A stretch of DNA of 64,000 nt from a candidate division FCPU426 bacterium (GCA_963830915.1 CAWHOE010000006.1:64001-128000), one strand, 5' to 3'. Positions 33,553 to 43,133 are shown, counted from the stretch's first letter. A program made the numbers and translations. Notes: generated from the sequence alone by a model not told the origin.

Positions 33553-35772
33553 GTGGGCTTTTCCCAAAAACATGATGATGTGGAAAACAAAGGAGCCTCT
33601 TTGTCCCGTCGCAATTGGTTCTTGTCACTATTCTTCTTCTTTTCCGGATTCTGCGGACTGGTCTACCAGACCGTCTGGATGCGCCTGGCTTACGCGCACT
33701 TTGGCATCACGACCCCGGTACTTTCCGTCGTTATTTCGGTATTCATGTTGGGACTTGCCCTGGGAAGCTGGCTGGGCGGTTTGACGGTCGGACCCCTGAC
33801 CCATCGCCTCAAATTTTCAGCCCTCATTTTTTACGCCTTGGCCGAGGCATTCATCGGCATCGGGGCTTTGGCCGCGCCCGCCTTAATGACCTGGGGCGAC
33901 CGCCTGCTTTTGACCATGGGTGAGACCAACTCCACCGGTTATCTTTTCTTTTCCGCCTTGGTCCTGCTCATTTCCCTGCTTCCCTGGTGTGTTTGCATGG
34001 GCGCGACCTTTCCCTTGGTCATGAGGTTCGTCAAGGAAGTGGATAAATTCCAGAACGAAAGTTTCAGCTTCTTATATATGGCCAACGTATTGGGCGCGGT
34101 CTCTGGGACCCTGGCCACCGCCTTCCTGCTGGTGGAACTCCTGGGTTTCCATGGGACTTTGGTGTTGGCCTGCGTCGTTAATTTCCTCATCGCCTTATCC
34201 GCGCTGGTCTGGGGTTTTCGGGTCAAACCGATCAATGCCAAAGAACAGCGCCCGGTCATCAACAGAACGGGACGTGTCACTTCCATTGTCCCGGCCTTCC
34301 TTTTCATGACAGGCTTCACATCCATGGGAATGGAAGTGGCCTGGGTTCGGGATTTCACGCCAGTGATGGGCAACGAGATCTACGCCTTCTCCAAGCTACT
34401 GGCGACCTACCTGATCGCCACCTGGGTCGGGTCATGGTTGTACCGCAAACATCTGGCAAACCATAAAGTCCTTTCCATCGGTTGGTTGACCGCCCTGCTC
34501 TCCGTCTTCCCTTTCCTGCCGGTACTCTTGAATGACCCCACCCACTACCATTCCAACTTCCTGGCCCTGGCCAGCCTGGTCCCCTTCTGCGCGGCGCTCG
34601 GTTACGCCACTCCACGGTTCATCGACCAATGGTCCGAGGGGGACGCGAAAAAAGGAGGCCGTATCTACGCTTGGAACATCCTTGGATGCATCCTCGGCCC
34701 CTTGTTCGTGTCTTACCTAATGCTTCCTTACATTGGGGCTAAAGAAGCCCTGCTGTTCCTGGCGCTTCCCTTCATCGTTTTTCATTTCATTTTGGAATCG
34801 GGAAGGAACATCACTACCAAATCCTGGATCGCCGGTGTCGCCAGCCTCACTTGCCTGCTCTTGGGATTTTTCGCCTGCGGAAGCTATGAGGAAGGTTGGA
34901 ACCTGGCCAAGTGGGACCGTTACCAATTGCGCCGAGATCATACCGCCACCGTTCTCTCTTACCAAACAGGTCTCAATAAAGGACTTTTCATCAACGGTAT
35001 CGGTGTGGCTTACCTGACCTCGGTCACCAAGGTCATGGCCCATCTGCCCCTGGCGCTCTGTCCCCACCCTCCCAAATCCTGTCTGGTCATTTGCTTTGGG
35101 ATGGGTACGACCTTCCGGTCCCTCACCAGTTGGGGCATTGACACCACGGCGGTTGAACTGGTACCCAGCGTCAAGGAAGCCTTCCCTTTCAATTTTTCGG
35201 ACGCTTACCGAGTGCTGGCCAGGCCCAACGCGCGAGTAGTCATCGATGACGGACGACGCTTCCTTCAAAGGACCCGCCAAAAGTTCGATGTCATCACCCT
35301 GGACCCTGCTCCCCCGGTCGAGGCGGCAGGCTCCAGCCTGCTCTATTCGGATGGCTTCTATACCGCGGTCAAGAACCGCCTGGCGGACGGCGGCATCGTC
35401 CAACAATGGATCCCCGGCGGGGAGCCTCCCATCCAACAAGCCTTCGCCCGTTCCTTCGTGAACGCCTTCCCCTACGTCATCGCCCTTCATTCGTTCGAGG
35501 ATTGGGGCACTCACCTGATCGGTTCCATGACGCCCATCGACCTGCCGACGACCAAGGTACTCGCGTCCCGAATCCCCAAACCTGCCCAGGCGGACTTGAA
35601 CGAATGGATGGCTTCCAAGGACACGGAAAATTTCCTGAAACTTATCCTCTCCAAACAGGTATCGGTCCAGTCCCTTTTGAACCAAGACGAACGTATCGCC
35701 ATCACCGACGACCACCCCTTCAATGAGTATTACGCCCTGCGCCGGACCTTCCCCGCTATCTTCAAATACTGA
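33553..35772 (+). CDS. Fused MFS-like membrane domain / spermidine synthase (aminopropyltransferase-like) protein
   Basis: FFFSGFCGLVYQTVWMR, MGATFP, ANVLGAVSG, LVICFGMGTT, VELVP and DDGRRFL...FDVITLDP...TDDHPFNEY motifs. Confidence 0.92.
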   Translation: MGFSQKHDDVENKGASLSRRNWFLSLFFFFSGFCGLVYQTVWMRLAYAHFGITTPVLSVVISVFMLGLALGSWLGGLTVGPLTHRLKFSALIFYALAEAFIGIGALAAPALMTWGDRLLLTMGETNSTGYLFFSALVLLISLLPWCVCMGATFPLVMRFVKEVDKFQNESFSFLYMANVLGAVSGTLATAFLLVELLGFHGTLVLACVVNFLIALSALVWGFRVKPINAKEQRPVINRTGRVTSIVPAFLFMTGFTSMGMEVAWVRDFTPVMGNEIYAFSKLLATYLIATWVGSWLYRKHLANHKVLSIGWLTALLSVFPFLPVLLNDPTHYHSNFLALASLVPFCAALGYATPRFIDQWSEGDAKKGGRIYAWNILGCILGPLFVSYLMLPYIGAKEALLFLALPFIVFHFILESGRNITTKSWIAGVASLTCLLLGFFACGSYEEGWNLAKWDRYQLRRDHTATVLSYQTGLNKGLFINGIGVAYLTSVTKVMAHLPLALCPHPPKSCLVICFGMGTTFRSLTSWGIDTTAVELVPSVKEAFPFNFSDAYRVLARPNARVVIDDGRRFLQRTRQKFDVITLDPAPPVEAAGSSLLYSDGFYTAVKNRLADGGIVQQWIPGGEPPIQQAFARSFVNAFPYVIALHSFEDWGTHLIGSMTPIDLPTTKVLASRIPKPAQADLNEWMASKDTENFLKLILSKQVSVQSLLNQDERIAITDDHPFNEYYALRRTFPAIFKY

Positions 35773-35843
35773 CCCCCCTGTTCTTTTGGCCGGGTCCTTC
35801 ATAAGTTTGTTGATTACCTATCAACTCTTAACGGAGAAAAACT

Positions 35844-36482
35844 ATGAGATTCGACGTCAAAAAGATAACCAACCGAGAGGTCTATAACCTCATCAACGGC
35901 CTGGTCGCTCCCCGCCCCATCGCCCTTGTCACTAGCCTTAGCGCTGATGGGCTGGTCAACGCCGCCCCCTTCAGCGCTTTTAATTACCTTTGCATCGACC
36001 CTCCCATCCTGGGCCTGGGCATCGCCGTCAAACAGGGCGGGGACGGGCTGAAGGACACGGCCCGAAACATCGAAAAGACCGGGGAGTTCGTGGTCAACGT
36101 GGTGACCGAGGACATCGGGAAGCAAATGAACATCTGCGGGGTGGATTTCCCGCCGGGGGTTAGTGAGCTGGAAATGGCGGGATTCACCACCGAGGAATCC
36201 CTGGTCGTGAAGGTACCTAGAATCAAGGAAGCCCATGCCTCCCTGGAATGCCGGCTTTTTGAGACCCTAAAACCGGGCAAATCCCGGATCATCCTGGGAG
36301 AGGTGGTGGCCTTCTTTATAGAGGACCGGTTCATCGACCCCAAGGGCCCCTATGTCCTGGCCCAGGACCTGCATGCCCTTGGCCGTATGAACGGCTTGGA
36401 TAAATACGTCCATACCCGGGACGCTTTCCTGGATATCAAACGGCTGAATTACGACCAGTGGCAGAAGGGCGAGAGGGGCTAA
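35844..36482 (+). CDS. Flavin reductase family protein (DIM6/NTAB)
   Basis: VAPRPIALVTS, VNAAPFSAFN, KDTARNI..TGEFVVNVV and LGRMNG motifs. Confidence 0.93.
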   Translation: MRFDVKKITNREVYNLINGLVAPRPIALVTSLSADGLVNAAPFSAFNYLCIDPPILGLGIAVKQGGDGLKDTARNIEKTGEFVVNVVTEDIGKQMNICGVDFPPGVSELEMAGFTTEESLVVKVPRIKEAHASLECRLFETLKPGKSRIILGEVVAFFIEDRFIDPKGPYVLAQDLHALGRMNGLDKYVHTRDAFLDIKRLNYDQWQKGERG

Positions 36483-36501
36483 GGGACCTGCCAATAGGGT
36501 T

Positions 36502-36967
36502 CCTTTCGGATGGTTTTCGATGGGACAGCCCCGACCTTTCCGAGGCTCGGAAATACCTCTTCCGATGGGTGGCTTGGCCTTTCCGATGGCTTCCGATGGG
36601 TGACCCGACCTTTCCGAGGCTCGGAAACACCCCTTCCGATGGGTGGCTTGGCCTTTCCGATGGCTTCCGATGGACAGCCCGACCTTTCCGAGGCTCGGAA
36701 ACACCCCTTCCGATGGGTGGCTTAGCCTTTCCGATGGCTTCCGATGGACAGCCCGACCTTTCCGAGGCTCGGAAACACCCCTTCCGATGGGTGGCTTAGC
36801 CTTTCCGATGGCTTCCGATGGACAGCCCGACCTTTCCGAGGCTCGGAAACACCCCTTCCGATGGGTGGCTTAGCCTTTCCGATGGCTTCCGATGGACAGC
36901 CCGACCTTTCCGAGGCTCGGAAACACCCCTTCCGATGGGTGGCTTAGCCTTTCCGATGGCTTCCGAT
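36502..36967. repeat. Tandem array of a 74-bp unit (six copies, the last truncated, plus a degenerate partial copy)
   Basis: Units start at 36531, 36605, 36679, 36753, 36827 and 36901. Consensus ccgacctttccgaggctcggaaacaccccttccgatgggtggcttagcctttccgatggcttccgatggacagc. Confidence 0.97.
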
Positions 36968-37185
36968 TGAAGAGGGATATGTTGAGTTACCCGAAGACCC
37001 TTTCGAACCTAATCAACCCAATTTCCAGCTTTTTCGTTAAACGCAGGCCTTACTTAAATAAGCTACGAAAGGTATAAGTTTTCAAAAGATAACGTCAAGA
37101 TTTTCGTCAAAGGGTCGTTAAAGAAGGATAACAGGGGTAAACTTAATACATATTTTGACCTGACTTTTTTAAGGAGTTTTACGAA

Positions 37186-38520
37186 ATGAAAAAAACGTTA
37201 TTAGTCCTAAGCGGTACCCTACTTATCCTGGGCCACTTGGCCTGTAGCCATTCCATCACTAGCCCAACTCCCGCTACACCTTTGGGCATCGCGGTCGCTT
37301 CAGCTACCACCACGCCAGTCGCTCTTATTTCAGCCACCCCCACTGCCACCCTGGGAAATTGCGGGGTAACCGGCGTCACGCCAGCCCAGGCGGACAACAT
37401 GCTGGCCGGGAACCTCTATAGTTATTTCCAGACCCAATCGGGCAATGTTTTCTATTCCCCATTCAGTATTTTTGCCGCTATGTCCATGGCCCAGGAAGGG
37501 GCCAACGGTACAACAGGCTGCCAGATGCAAACCGCCTTGAATTTGAACAGCTCCGCCTCGGTCCGGCAAGCGGCCATGCAGTCATTCATCAACGGGATCA
37601 ATAGCCCCACCAAACAATTCACCCTCAACGTCGCGGATAATCTGTGGGTCCAGCAGGGGTTCAATGTCCTTTCCAGCTATGTCAATGACCTTCAAACCTA
37701 CTATTCGGCCGGGGTCACCAACGTGGATTTTGTCGGTAACCCAGCCGCCGCCCTGCAAACGATCGACGGCGCCGTATCCCAGGAAACCGCCGGTTATATC
37801 CCCCAACTCCTGACCCCTGCGAATATAACGCCCAAAACTCGGGTGGTCCTGACGAACGCCATCTATTTCAAGGCAAGCTGGCAGTACCAATTCCCGGTCA
37901 CCAATACGACCCTGCAAAATTTCTATCTGGATTCTGGAACGAGCGAGTCCGTCAGCATGATGAACTTCACCGTTTCCCTTCCAATCGGCTCCTTCAACGG
38001 GGCGGCCAGTGTCATCGCGATCCCCTACGCGGGCTTCGACGCTTCCATGTATGTTTTCCTTCCCCCGCAGGAAGGGATCACCGCCCTGGGGAACTTGATG
38101 ACCGGCGCGAACATCAGTTCCTGGTTGACGGCCAACGCGGCGTCCATGGGTGCCAGTACCATGGCCAATGTAAGCCTGTCATTGCCGAAATTCACCTTTT
38201 CCACCAACTATGACCTGACCGCTCCCCTGGCTAACCTGGGGATGCCATTGGCCTTCAACCCGTATCTGGCCAACTTCTCCGGGATCGACGGAAGCTACGA
38301 CCTGTCCATTTCGGATGTCGTCCATCAGGCTTATGTGGATGTGAGCGAGGTGGGTACGACCGCCGCCGCCGCGACCGGCGTGGTCGGGTGTTCAGATTGT
38401 GAGGCCGTCATGATGCCGATCATCATTCCCTTCAACGTCAACAGGCCCTTCATCTTCATGATCGTGGATAACGTCACGAACGCTGTCCTGTTCATGGGCC
38501 GGGTGACTAATCCCATTTAA
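37186..38520 (+). CDS. Serpin family protein, predicted lipoprotein
   Basis: Lipobox-like HLAC. NVFYSPFSI, LTNAIYFKASW, LPKF, hinge EVGTTAAAAT and FNVNRPFIF...LFMGRVTNP motifs. AAGGAG RBS. Confidence 0.96.
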   Translation: MKKTLLVLSGTLLILGHLACSHSITSPTPATPLGIAVASATTTPVALISATPTATLGNCGVTGVTPAQADNMLAGNLYSYFQTQSGNVFYSPFSIFAAMSMAQEGANGTTGCQMQTALNLNSSASVRQAAMQSFINGINSPTKQFTLNVADNLWVQQGFNVLSSYVNDLQTYYSAGVTNVDFVGNPAAALQTIDGAVSQETAGYIPQLLTPANITPKTRVVLTNAIYFKASWQYQFPVTNTTLQNFYLDSGTSESVSMMNFTVSLPIGSFNGAASVIAIPYAGFDASMYVFLPPQEGITALGNLMTGANISSWLTANAASMGASTMANVSLSLPKFTFSTNYDLTAPLANLGMPLAFNPYLANFSGIDGSYDLSISDVVHQAYVDVSEVGTTAAAATGVVGCSDCEAVMMPIIIPFNVNRPFIFMIVDNVTNAVLFMGRVTNPI

Positions 38521-38549
38521 TTTCTACAACCGCTAGCAACTAAAACAAT

Positions 38550-38586
38550 AGAACCCGGCTTGTTATCAAGTCGGGTTCTTTTATTT
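38550..38586 (+). terminator. Intrinsic terminator after the serpin
   Basis: AGAACCCGGCTTG-ttat-CAAGTCGGGTTCT hairpin followed by TTTATTT. Confidence 0.75.
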
Positions 38587-38621
38587 AGTCATCCTCGGAA
38601 ACGGCTAAATCACAGGTTTGC

Positions 38622-39245
38622 TTATTTCGGTCCTTCGATCTGTTTGATATCAGGCGGGAGCTTTTCCGGGACCTTGGGTTCCACGCGGGCCAACCCCTTT
38701 TCGGTCGGGTCGGTGATCCTCAATCTGATCACGTTCAATTCATCCAGATTCGCCTGGAGGGTCCGGCAAAGGGGCTCGTTCGACCGTAGTTTCAAGGACT
38801 CCTTGTGGGCTTCGGACAAAGGGTTTTGGCTGTCCATCTCTTGGAAGAATTTCTGGGACTCTTCGGGCCCCAACCCGATGGCGATACCCTGAACGGCCTG
38901 CCTTTGCCATTCCCCTATTTTCAGGTAAAAGTCCTCATCCTCGGCCTGATTGAATAGGCTCGAACCCTCCCGAATCATGTGGTCCAGGTAGGCTTTGAAA
39001 AAAGCGGCCGAGGTTTGGTCGAACACTTCCTTGCGCTTCAGGGAATATTCAATGGAAGCGACCCAAAGCAGGATGACCCAGCCCATCACCCAAACGGTCC
39101 AAGGAGATAGATCCATAAGGGTGGTCGGTGAGGTGAAACTCAAAACAATTGGGGTGAGCACGAGAAGCAAGAAAAGCGCGAGAAGGGCCCGGTTCTTCAG
39201 GGTTAACCGGATCATCTCCAACCGGACTTTGAGCCATTGGGTCAT
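38622..39245 (-). CDS. Hypothetical protein with two N-terminal TM helices and a helical soluble domain
   Basis: 207-aa ORF starting 10 bp after the cyclase stop, with two hydrophobic segments. Confidence 0.7.
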   Translation of the reverse strand: MTQWLKVRLEMIRLTLKNRALLALFLLLVLTPIVLSFTSPTTLMDLSPWTVWVMGWVILLWVASIEYSLKRKEVFDQTSAAFFKAYLDHMIREGSSLFNQAEDEDFYLKIGEWQRQAVQGIAIGLGPEESQKFFQEMDSQNPLSEAHKESLKLRSNEPLCRTLQANLDELNVIRLRITDPTEKGLARVEPKVPEKLPPDIKQIEGPK

Positions 39246-39254
39246 GGGGGATTG

Positions 39255-40640
39255 TTACTTGTATTCGGCGTATTGGGCTTGTATCTCGACCTGGGCGCTG
39301 ACACCAGAAAGGATGTAGGACAGGACGTACCGATGCCGCTGATCCCCCCACAGTTCCTTTTTGACTTGGGTTTCGTCGGTGGAAGCCGGGTCATGCTCGA
39401 CGATGACCTTATCCGTGGAAATATTCTTGCCGTCCAGGACAACCGACCAATCGATGGTCCAAAAGATGGTACGGTGCTTCTTATTTTCTTTCGAGGCCGG
39501 CACGACTGTCCCTTCAGCCGACTTAACGGTGAAGGAAAGGGCCGCCTTATGGGCAGTCCGAACGCCCGCGTTGTCATAGGTGGCGTAATCGGTCGAATTG
39601 GAGAAGGTCTGCTCGTTTTTCCCATGCTTCTCGAAACTGGAGTTCCCCTCCAAGCCCGGCATGCCGAAATACTCGAATTGGGGGCGAATGATGTTCCTTC
39701 CCCTGGTGACTGTAATGGGCGAGTAATAGCGGGTGACATAACTGACGTCGTAATAGATCAAGTGACTGCCCGGCTCCATCTTGGTGAGACATTTGCGAAG
39801 GTGGTCCTCCGGAACACCCTCGAACTGAAGACGGGTCGTATGGTCCAACATGACATCCGTCGTGTCGGTACGGACTCCCAGGTCCTCGAAGGTCACGGAA
39901 GTGAATTTGAACGCCAGGAAACCCAGGACCGCCAGGGCGCCGGCCAGCACCAGGGCTAACGCCGGCATGAATCGGGGCCAGTTGGTTTGTTTGCGGGCTC
40001 CCTGGGGCGCCTGGGGTTTGACGCTATGGGGACGATAGGCCTCGAATATCTCCAGGGACTCGTCGATGCCTTTTACTTTGTACTTCCCGTGGGAAACCCA
40101 GGCCGCGTCCCCGCCGCTACCCGAAAGCCATCCCTTGGCTGAGTCGAAAACACTGTAGGTCAGGTAAACATGCCCGCCCCCCGCCAATCCTTCCACCCGT
40201 GAGGCCCGGTTCACGTGACGGCCGAAGACATCCATACTCATCTTGTCTTCCACCGTCACCTGGCCCATGTGGAGCCCGATGCGCACCAGGATGGGTGGGC
40301 GTTCGGGATTGGCGGCGTTGTATTTTCGAAGCCCTTCCTGTATCTCCAAGGCCCTTGCGACCGCCGTGGAAGGCTCTGAAAACACGGCCATCACCGCGTC
40401 GCCGATGTGCTTGATGACCCTTCCCGCCCCGTCCCTTTCGATGACCGGGACAAGGATGGTGTCATGGGTTTGGCGGACTTCGTTGGAAAAGGCATCCCCC
40501 CGCTCTTCCGTAAGCTTGGTGAAGCCCTGGATGTCGGTGAACATGATGGTAAGGACCGAGGTGTTCCGGCTCTGACGGAACCGGTCAACTAGGGTAAGTT
40601 CTGTCTCGTCTATCCGTAAATCGGGTGATGGGTCGTTCAT
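39255..40640 (-). CDS. Class III adenylate cyclase with one TM helix and an extracytoplasmic C-terminal domain
   Basis: MFTDIQGFT, IKHIGDAVMA, RIGLHMG and DVFGRHVNRASRVE, including the Lys/Asp ATP-specifying pair and catalytic Asn/Arg. TM segment ALALVLAGALAVLGFLAF. Confidence 0.92.
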   Translation of the reverse strand: MNDPSPDLRIDETELTLVDRFRQSRNTSVLTIMFTDIQGFTKLTEERGDAFSNEVRQTHDTILVPVIERDGAGRVIKHIGDAVMAVFSEPSTAVARALEIQEGLRKYNAANPERPPILVRIGLHMGQVTVEDKMSMDVFGRHVNRASRVEGLAGGGHVYLTYSVFDSAKGWLSGSGGDAAWVSHGKYKVKGIDESLEIFEAYRPHSVKPQAPQGARKQTNWPRFMPALALVLAGALAVLGFLAFKFTSVTFEDLGVRTDTTDVMLDHTTRLQFEGVPEDHLRKCLTKMEPGSHLIYYDVSYVTRYYSPITVTRGRNIIRPQFEYFGMPGLEGNSSFEKHGKNEQTFSNSTDYATYDNAGVRTAHKAALSFTVKSAEGTVVPASKENKKHRTIFWTIDWSVVLDGKNISTDKVIVEHDPASTDETQVKKELWGDQRHRYVLSYILSGVSAQVEIQAQYAEYK

Positions 40641-40680
40641 GGCATTTATACTCTCACCGTAAATAATACGAAACCAGCAA

Positions 40681-40708
40681 AAAATTCAGGCCCCCACCTG
40701 GGGGCCTG
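40681..40708 (-). terminator. Probable intrinsic terminator after the VOC gene
   Basis: CAGGCCCCCA-cc-TGGGGGCCTG hairpin with a T-rich tail on the minus strand. Confidence 0.55.
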
Positions 40709-40740
40709 GGGAAAAACATCCGGAATTTACTCCCGATCCA

Positions 40741-41094
40741 TCAATGGACCTGGGTCAGGTAAAGGTGGGTACCATCCGGGTCTTTGAAGAAAGCCAGGTA
40801 GTTGATCTCATTCTCCTGGTAATGGAATTCGATCCCCTTGGCTTCCAATTCTTTGGAAGTTTTCTTGATGTCCTGCACCTCGAACCCGATGGAGATGTGA
40901 TTTTCCTTCGGCGCCGGATGGGCCCCCGGCCTTTTGGGATGCAACCCGATCGTTAAGCCTTTCGTGGTCATTTCCGCCCAACTATCCCCGTAACGCAGGT
41001 CCTCATAGAGCCCCAGAAGGTCGTTGTAAAATTCCACCGACCTGTCGAGATCTTCCACCATGATGGTGACATAAGCTTTTTTGTATTCGGGCAT
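40741..41094 (-). CDS. VOC/glyoxalase family protein
   Basis: IMVEDLDRSVEFY..LLGL, ISIGFEVQDI and AFFKDPDG motifs. Confidence 0.92.
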   Translation of the reverse strand: MPEYKKAYVTIMVEDLDRSVEFYNDLLGLYEDLRYGDSWAEMTTKGLTIGLHPKRPGAHPAPKENHISIGFEVQDIKKTSKELEAKGIEFHYQENEINYLAFFKDPDGTHLYLTQVH

Positions 41095-41288
41095 CAGGTT
41101 CTCCAGAATTTCGTTCTAAACTCTAACTTGGAATCTGTAGACTAGGTTCCTTGTTTTCCCAAATCTGCCATAACAGACATAATATTAAATACCGCCTTAG
41201 AAAAAACCAAACCCAGAATAAAACTGGTGTTCTTCGATAATCTTTTTCTTCCTCCAAAATATTTTTCCTTTTACGTATCCGCAGTACT

Positions 41289-42620
41289 TTAATACCAATA
41301 AAATTCACGGAGAGCATGCACCTTACATATTTCTGCATAAAATTTCTTCAATTCTTCTCTTATGGATAAATCGTTTGTCTTTGTTGCGGAACTAAATAAT
41401 TTATCCCAATCCAATGCAATTCCCCCTTCTTTCCAAAAATCAAATAGTTTTATTATTATCGGCAGAAGCTTTTCTGGGTATTTTTCCGCAATAACATCTA
41501 TTACCTCAAATGCGTGGGAAAACATAATATTTACAGATAATTGTTGTTTATTAACTCCGTTTTCAAATTCACACTTCTTTAATATTTCCTCGTACCAACG
41601 TATACAGGTAATAGGTTGGTTTTTTATGTGTTCTGAAATTATTAACTGTACCTTGCCAACTATTTCAGATGCATATGGGCCATTTATCAATTTATCAATC
41701 CAAGGCGTTAGTTTTTCAAATTCTTGTGGTTGTTCCCGAAGAAGCGTCCATATATGCCATGCCAAATATTTCCGGCGAGGATTTCCAATAGGGCTATTAT
41801 CATTCAATGCATTTATTAATTTATCTTTAAATATGTCCGGATTAAATTTTAAACCCAATAAATCCTTATAATGGTTTTGTCTATAAATCGCAAAATACAA
41901 AAGTAAAAAAGAAGCATCTTCCACATTTTCAGTAACTTCTAATGCATCAAGTGCTTCCTCTGTCGATAAGTCATTGTAATAAGAAAAAACATCCGAAAGC
42001 CTATCAGCAATTGAATAACATTGTTTTTTCGTTTTAACTAACTGGACCAACTCAAATACCATTTCATGGAAAATTTTATATTCACCCTGGTATTCTCTTT
42101 TATTAAAACCACTCAGCCAAGAACGTCTTGCAGCTATTTCTATTAAAGGTAAAGTTGCTTCGTATTTGATATAAAGATTTTTATGACTTAATAATTTTTT
42201 CGTATAAATCAACGCCTGTGAAATATATTCCTTTTTTAAAGCTAGTTTCTGAACAGCCCAAGCAAGATTACCCAATACCGTAATTATTGGTTGAGACCTA
42301 CGATCACCGTTTTCTATTTCGCGATGAATTTTAGAAACAACATCTTCACCTGAGGTTATTTCAGAAGGATCCGGGTCATTTATAAATTTTTTAACAAGCC
42401 ATAAAACATCGTCCATTTTATTTTTTTCATATAGACGCTCACTAAAAGCAACGATTGACTCACGGTCTTCAGAAGATGGAAATACTTTGAATGGTTCTTC
42501 GTATTCGATTAGAGTTTTAATATCATTAAACAATTCTTCTCTCTTCGTTTCATCGAATTCCCTAGGATGAAAACGAATCATTTTTAATGAGTCTATAATT
42601 GAATCACGGGAATTATTCAT
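41289..42620 (-). CDS. AT-rich hypothetical alpha-helical (HEAT/ARM-like) protein
   Basis: Long ORF of amphipathic helices. ATG 42620 overlaps the stop of the upstream nuclease gene (ATGAATAA). Confidence 0.75.
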   Translation of the reverse strand: MNNSRDSIIDSLKMIRFHPREFDETKREELFNDIKTLIEYEEPFKVFPSSEDRESIVAFSERLYEKNKMDDVLWLVKKFINDPDPSEITSGEDVVSKIHREIENGDRRSQPIITVLGNLAWAVQKLALKKEYISQALIYTKKLLSHKNLYIKYEATLPLIEIAARRSWLSGFNKREYQGEYKIFHEMVFELVQLVKTKKQCYSIADRLSDVFSYYNDLSTEEALDALEVTENVEDASFLLLYFAIYRQNHYKDLLGLKFNPDIFKDKLINALNDNSPIGNPRRKYLAWHIWTLLREQPQEFEKLTPWIDKLINGPYASEIVGKVQLIISEHIKNQPITCIRWYEEILKKCEFENGVNKQQLSVNIMFSHAFEVIDVIAEKYPEKLLPIIIKLFDFWKEGGIALDWDKLFSSATKTNDLSIREELKKFYAEICKVHALREFYWY

Positions 42621-43065
42621 GGATTTGCAACCTTTGAACCCGAGCACGACCTTCAACTAAAAACTCATCCAATTTTTGTCCATAAAGAAATTTAATATTC
42701 CTTATTCCAATATTAATGGCATTAATATATTCACGAGCATGAGAATTCATTTCTCCTGTTGTAATAATATAAATTGCGTCTAAGTGAGTATCCGTTTCGC
42801 CTATTCTGAATCTATGGCCAAACGCAATCGCAATTTGTCCAATTATTTCTTTAACAGAACCAGTGGCACCCGAACCAGAAGCTGTAATATCCCCAACTTT
42901 TAGTTGTATGCCACAATTACTTATTGTTTTAAAAGTTGTATTTTCATCTTGAAAAAGAATATCTATTCCAAATTCTATCGAGCCACAATTGTCCATAACA
43001 TTCGAAATGCCATGAGTAACATTTAGAATTGATATAAGTTCTCTTCTTAATTCATCTTCCGTCAA
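42613..43065 (-). CDS. Mrr-like PD-(D/E)xK restriction-endonuclease-fold protein
   Basis: GSIEFGIDIL...GIQLK motif, YIITTG strand and KFLYGQKL terminal motif. GGAGA RBS before the TTG start. AT-rich. Confidence 0.72.
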   Translation of the reverse strand: MTEDELRRELISILNVTHGISNVMDNCGSIEFGIDILFQDENTTFKTISNCGIQLKVGDITASGSGATGSVKEIIGQIAIAFGHRFRIGETDTHLDAIYIITTGEMNSHAREYINAINIGIRNIKFLYGQKLDEFLVEGRARVQRLQIHE

Positions 43066-43133
43066 ATGACTCTCCTATACATTTTCCATAACCTGATAAA
43101 AATTAAACCACTTTTGAAGATCAATTGGTTTTT

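Noticed and set aside
36502..36967. CRISPR array or coding repeat
   Set aside because: Units are contiguous and near-identical with no unique spacers, and there are no cas genes. The 74-bp period shifts frame, so the overlapping short ORFs look spurious.
41123..41338. Third small gene in the AT-rich insert
   Set aside because: It overlaps the upstream gene, has no clear RBS and no recognisable motif, so it cannot be supported.
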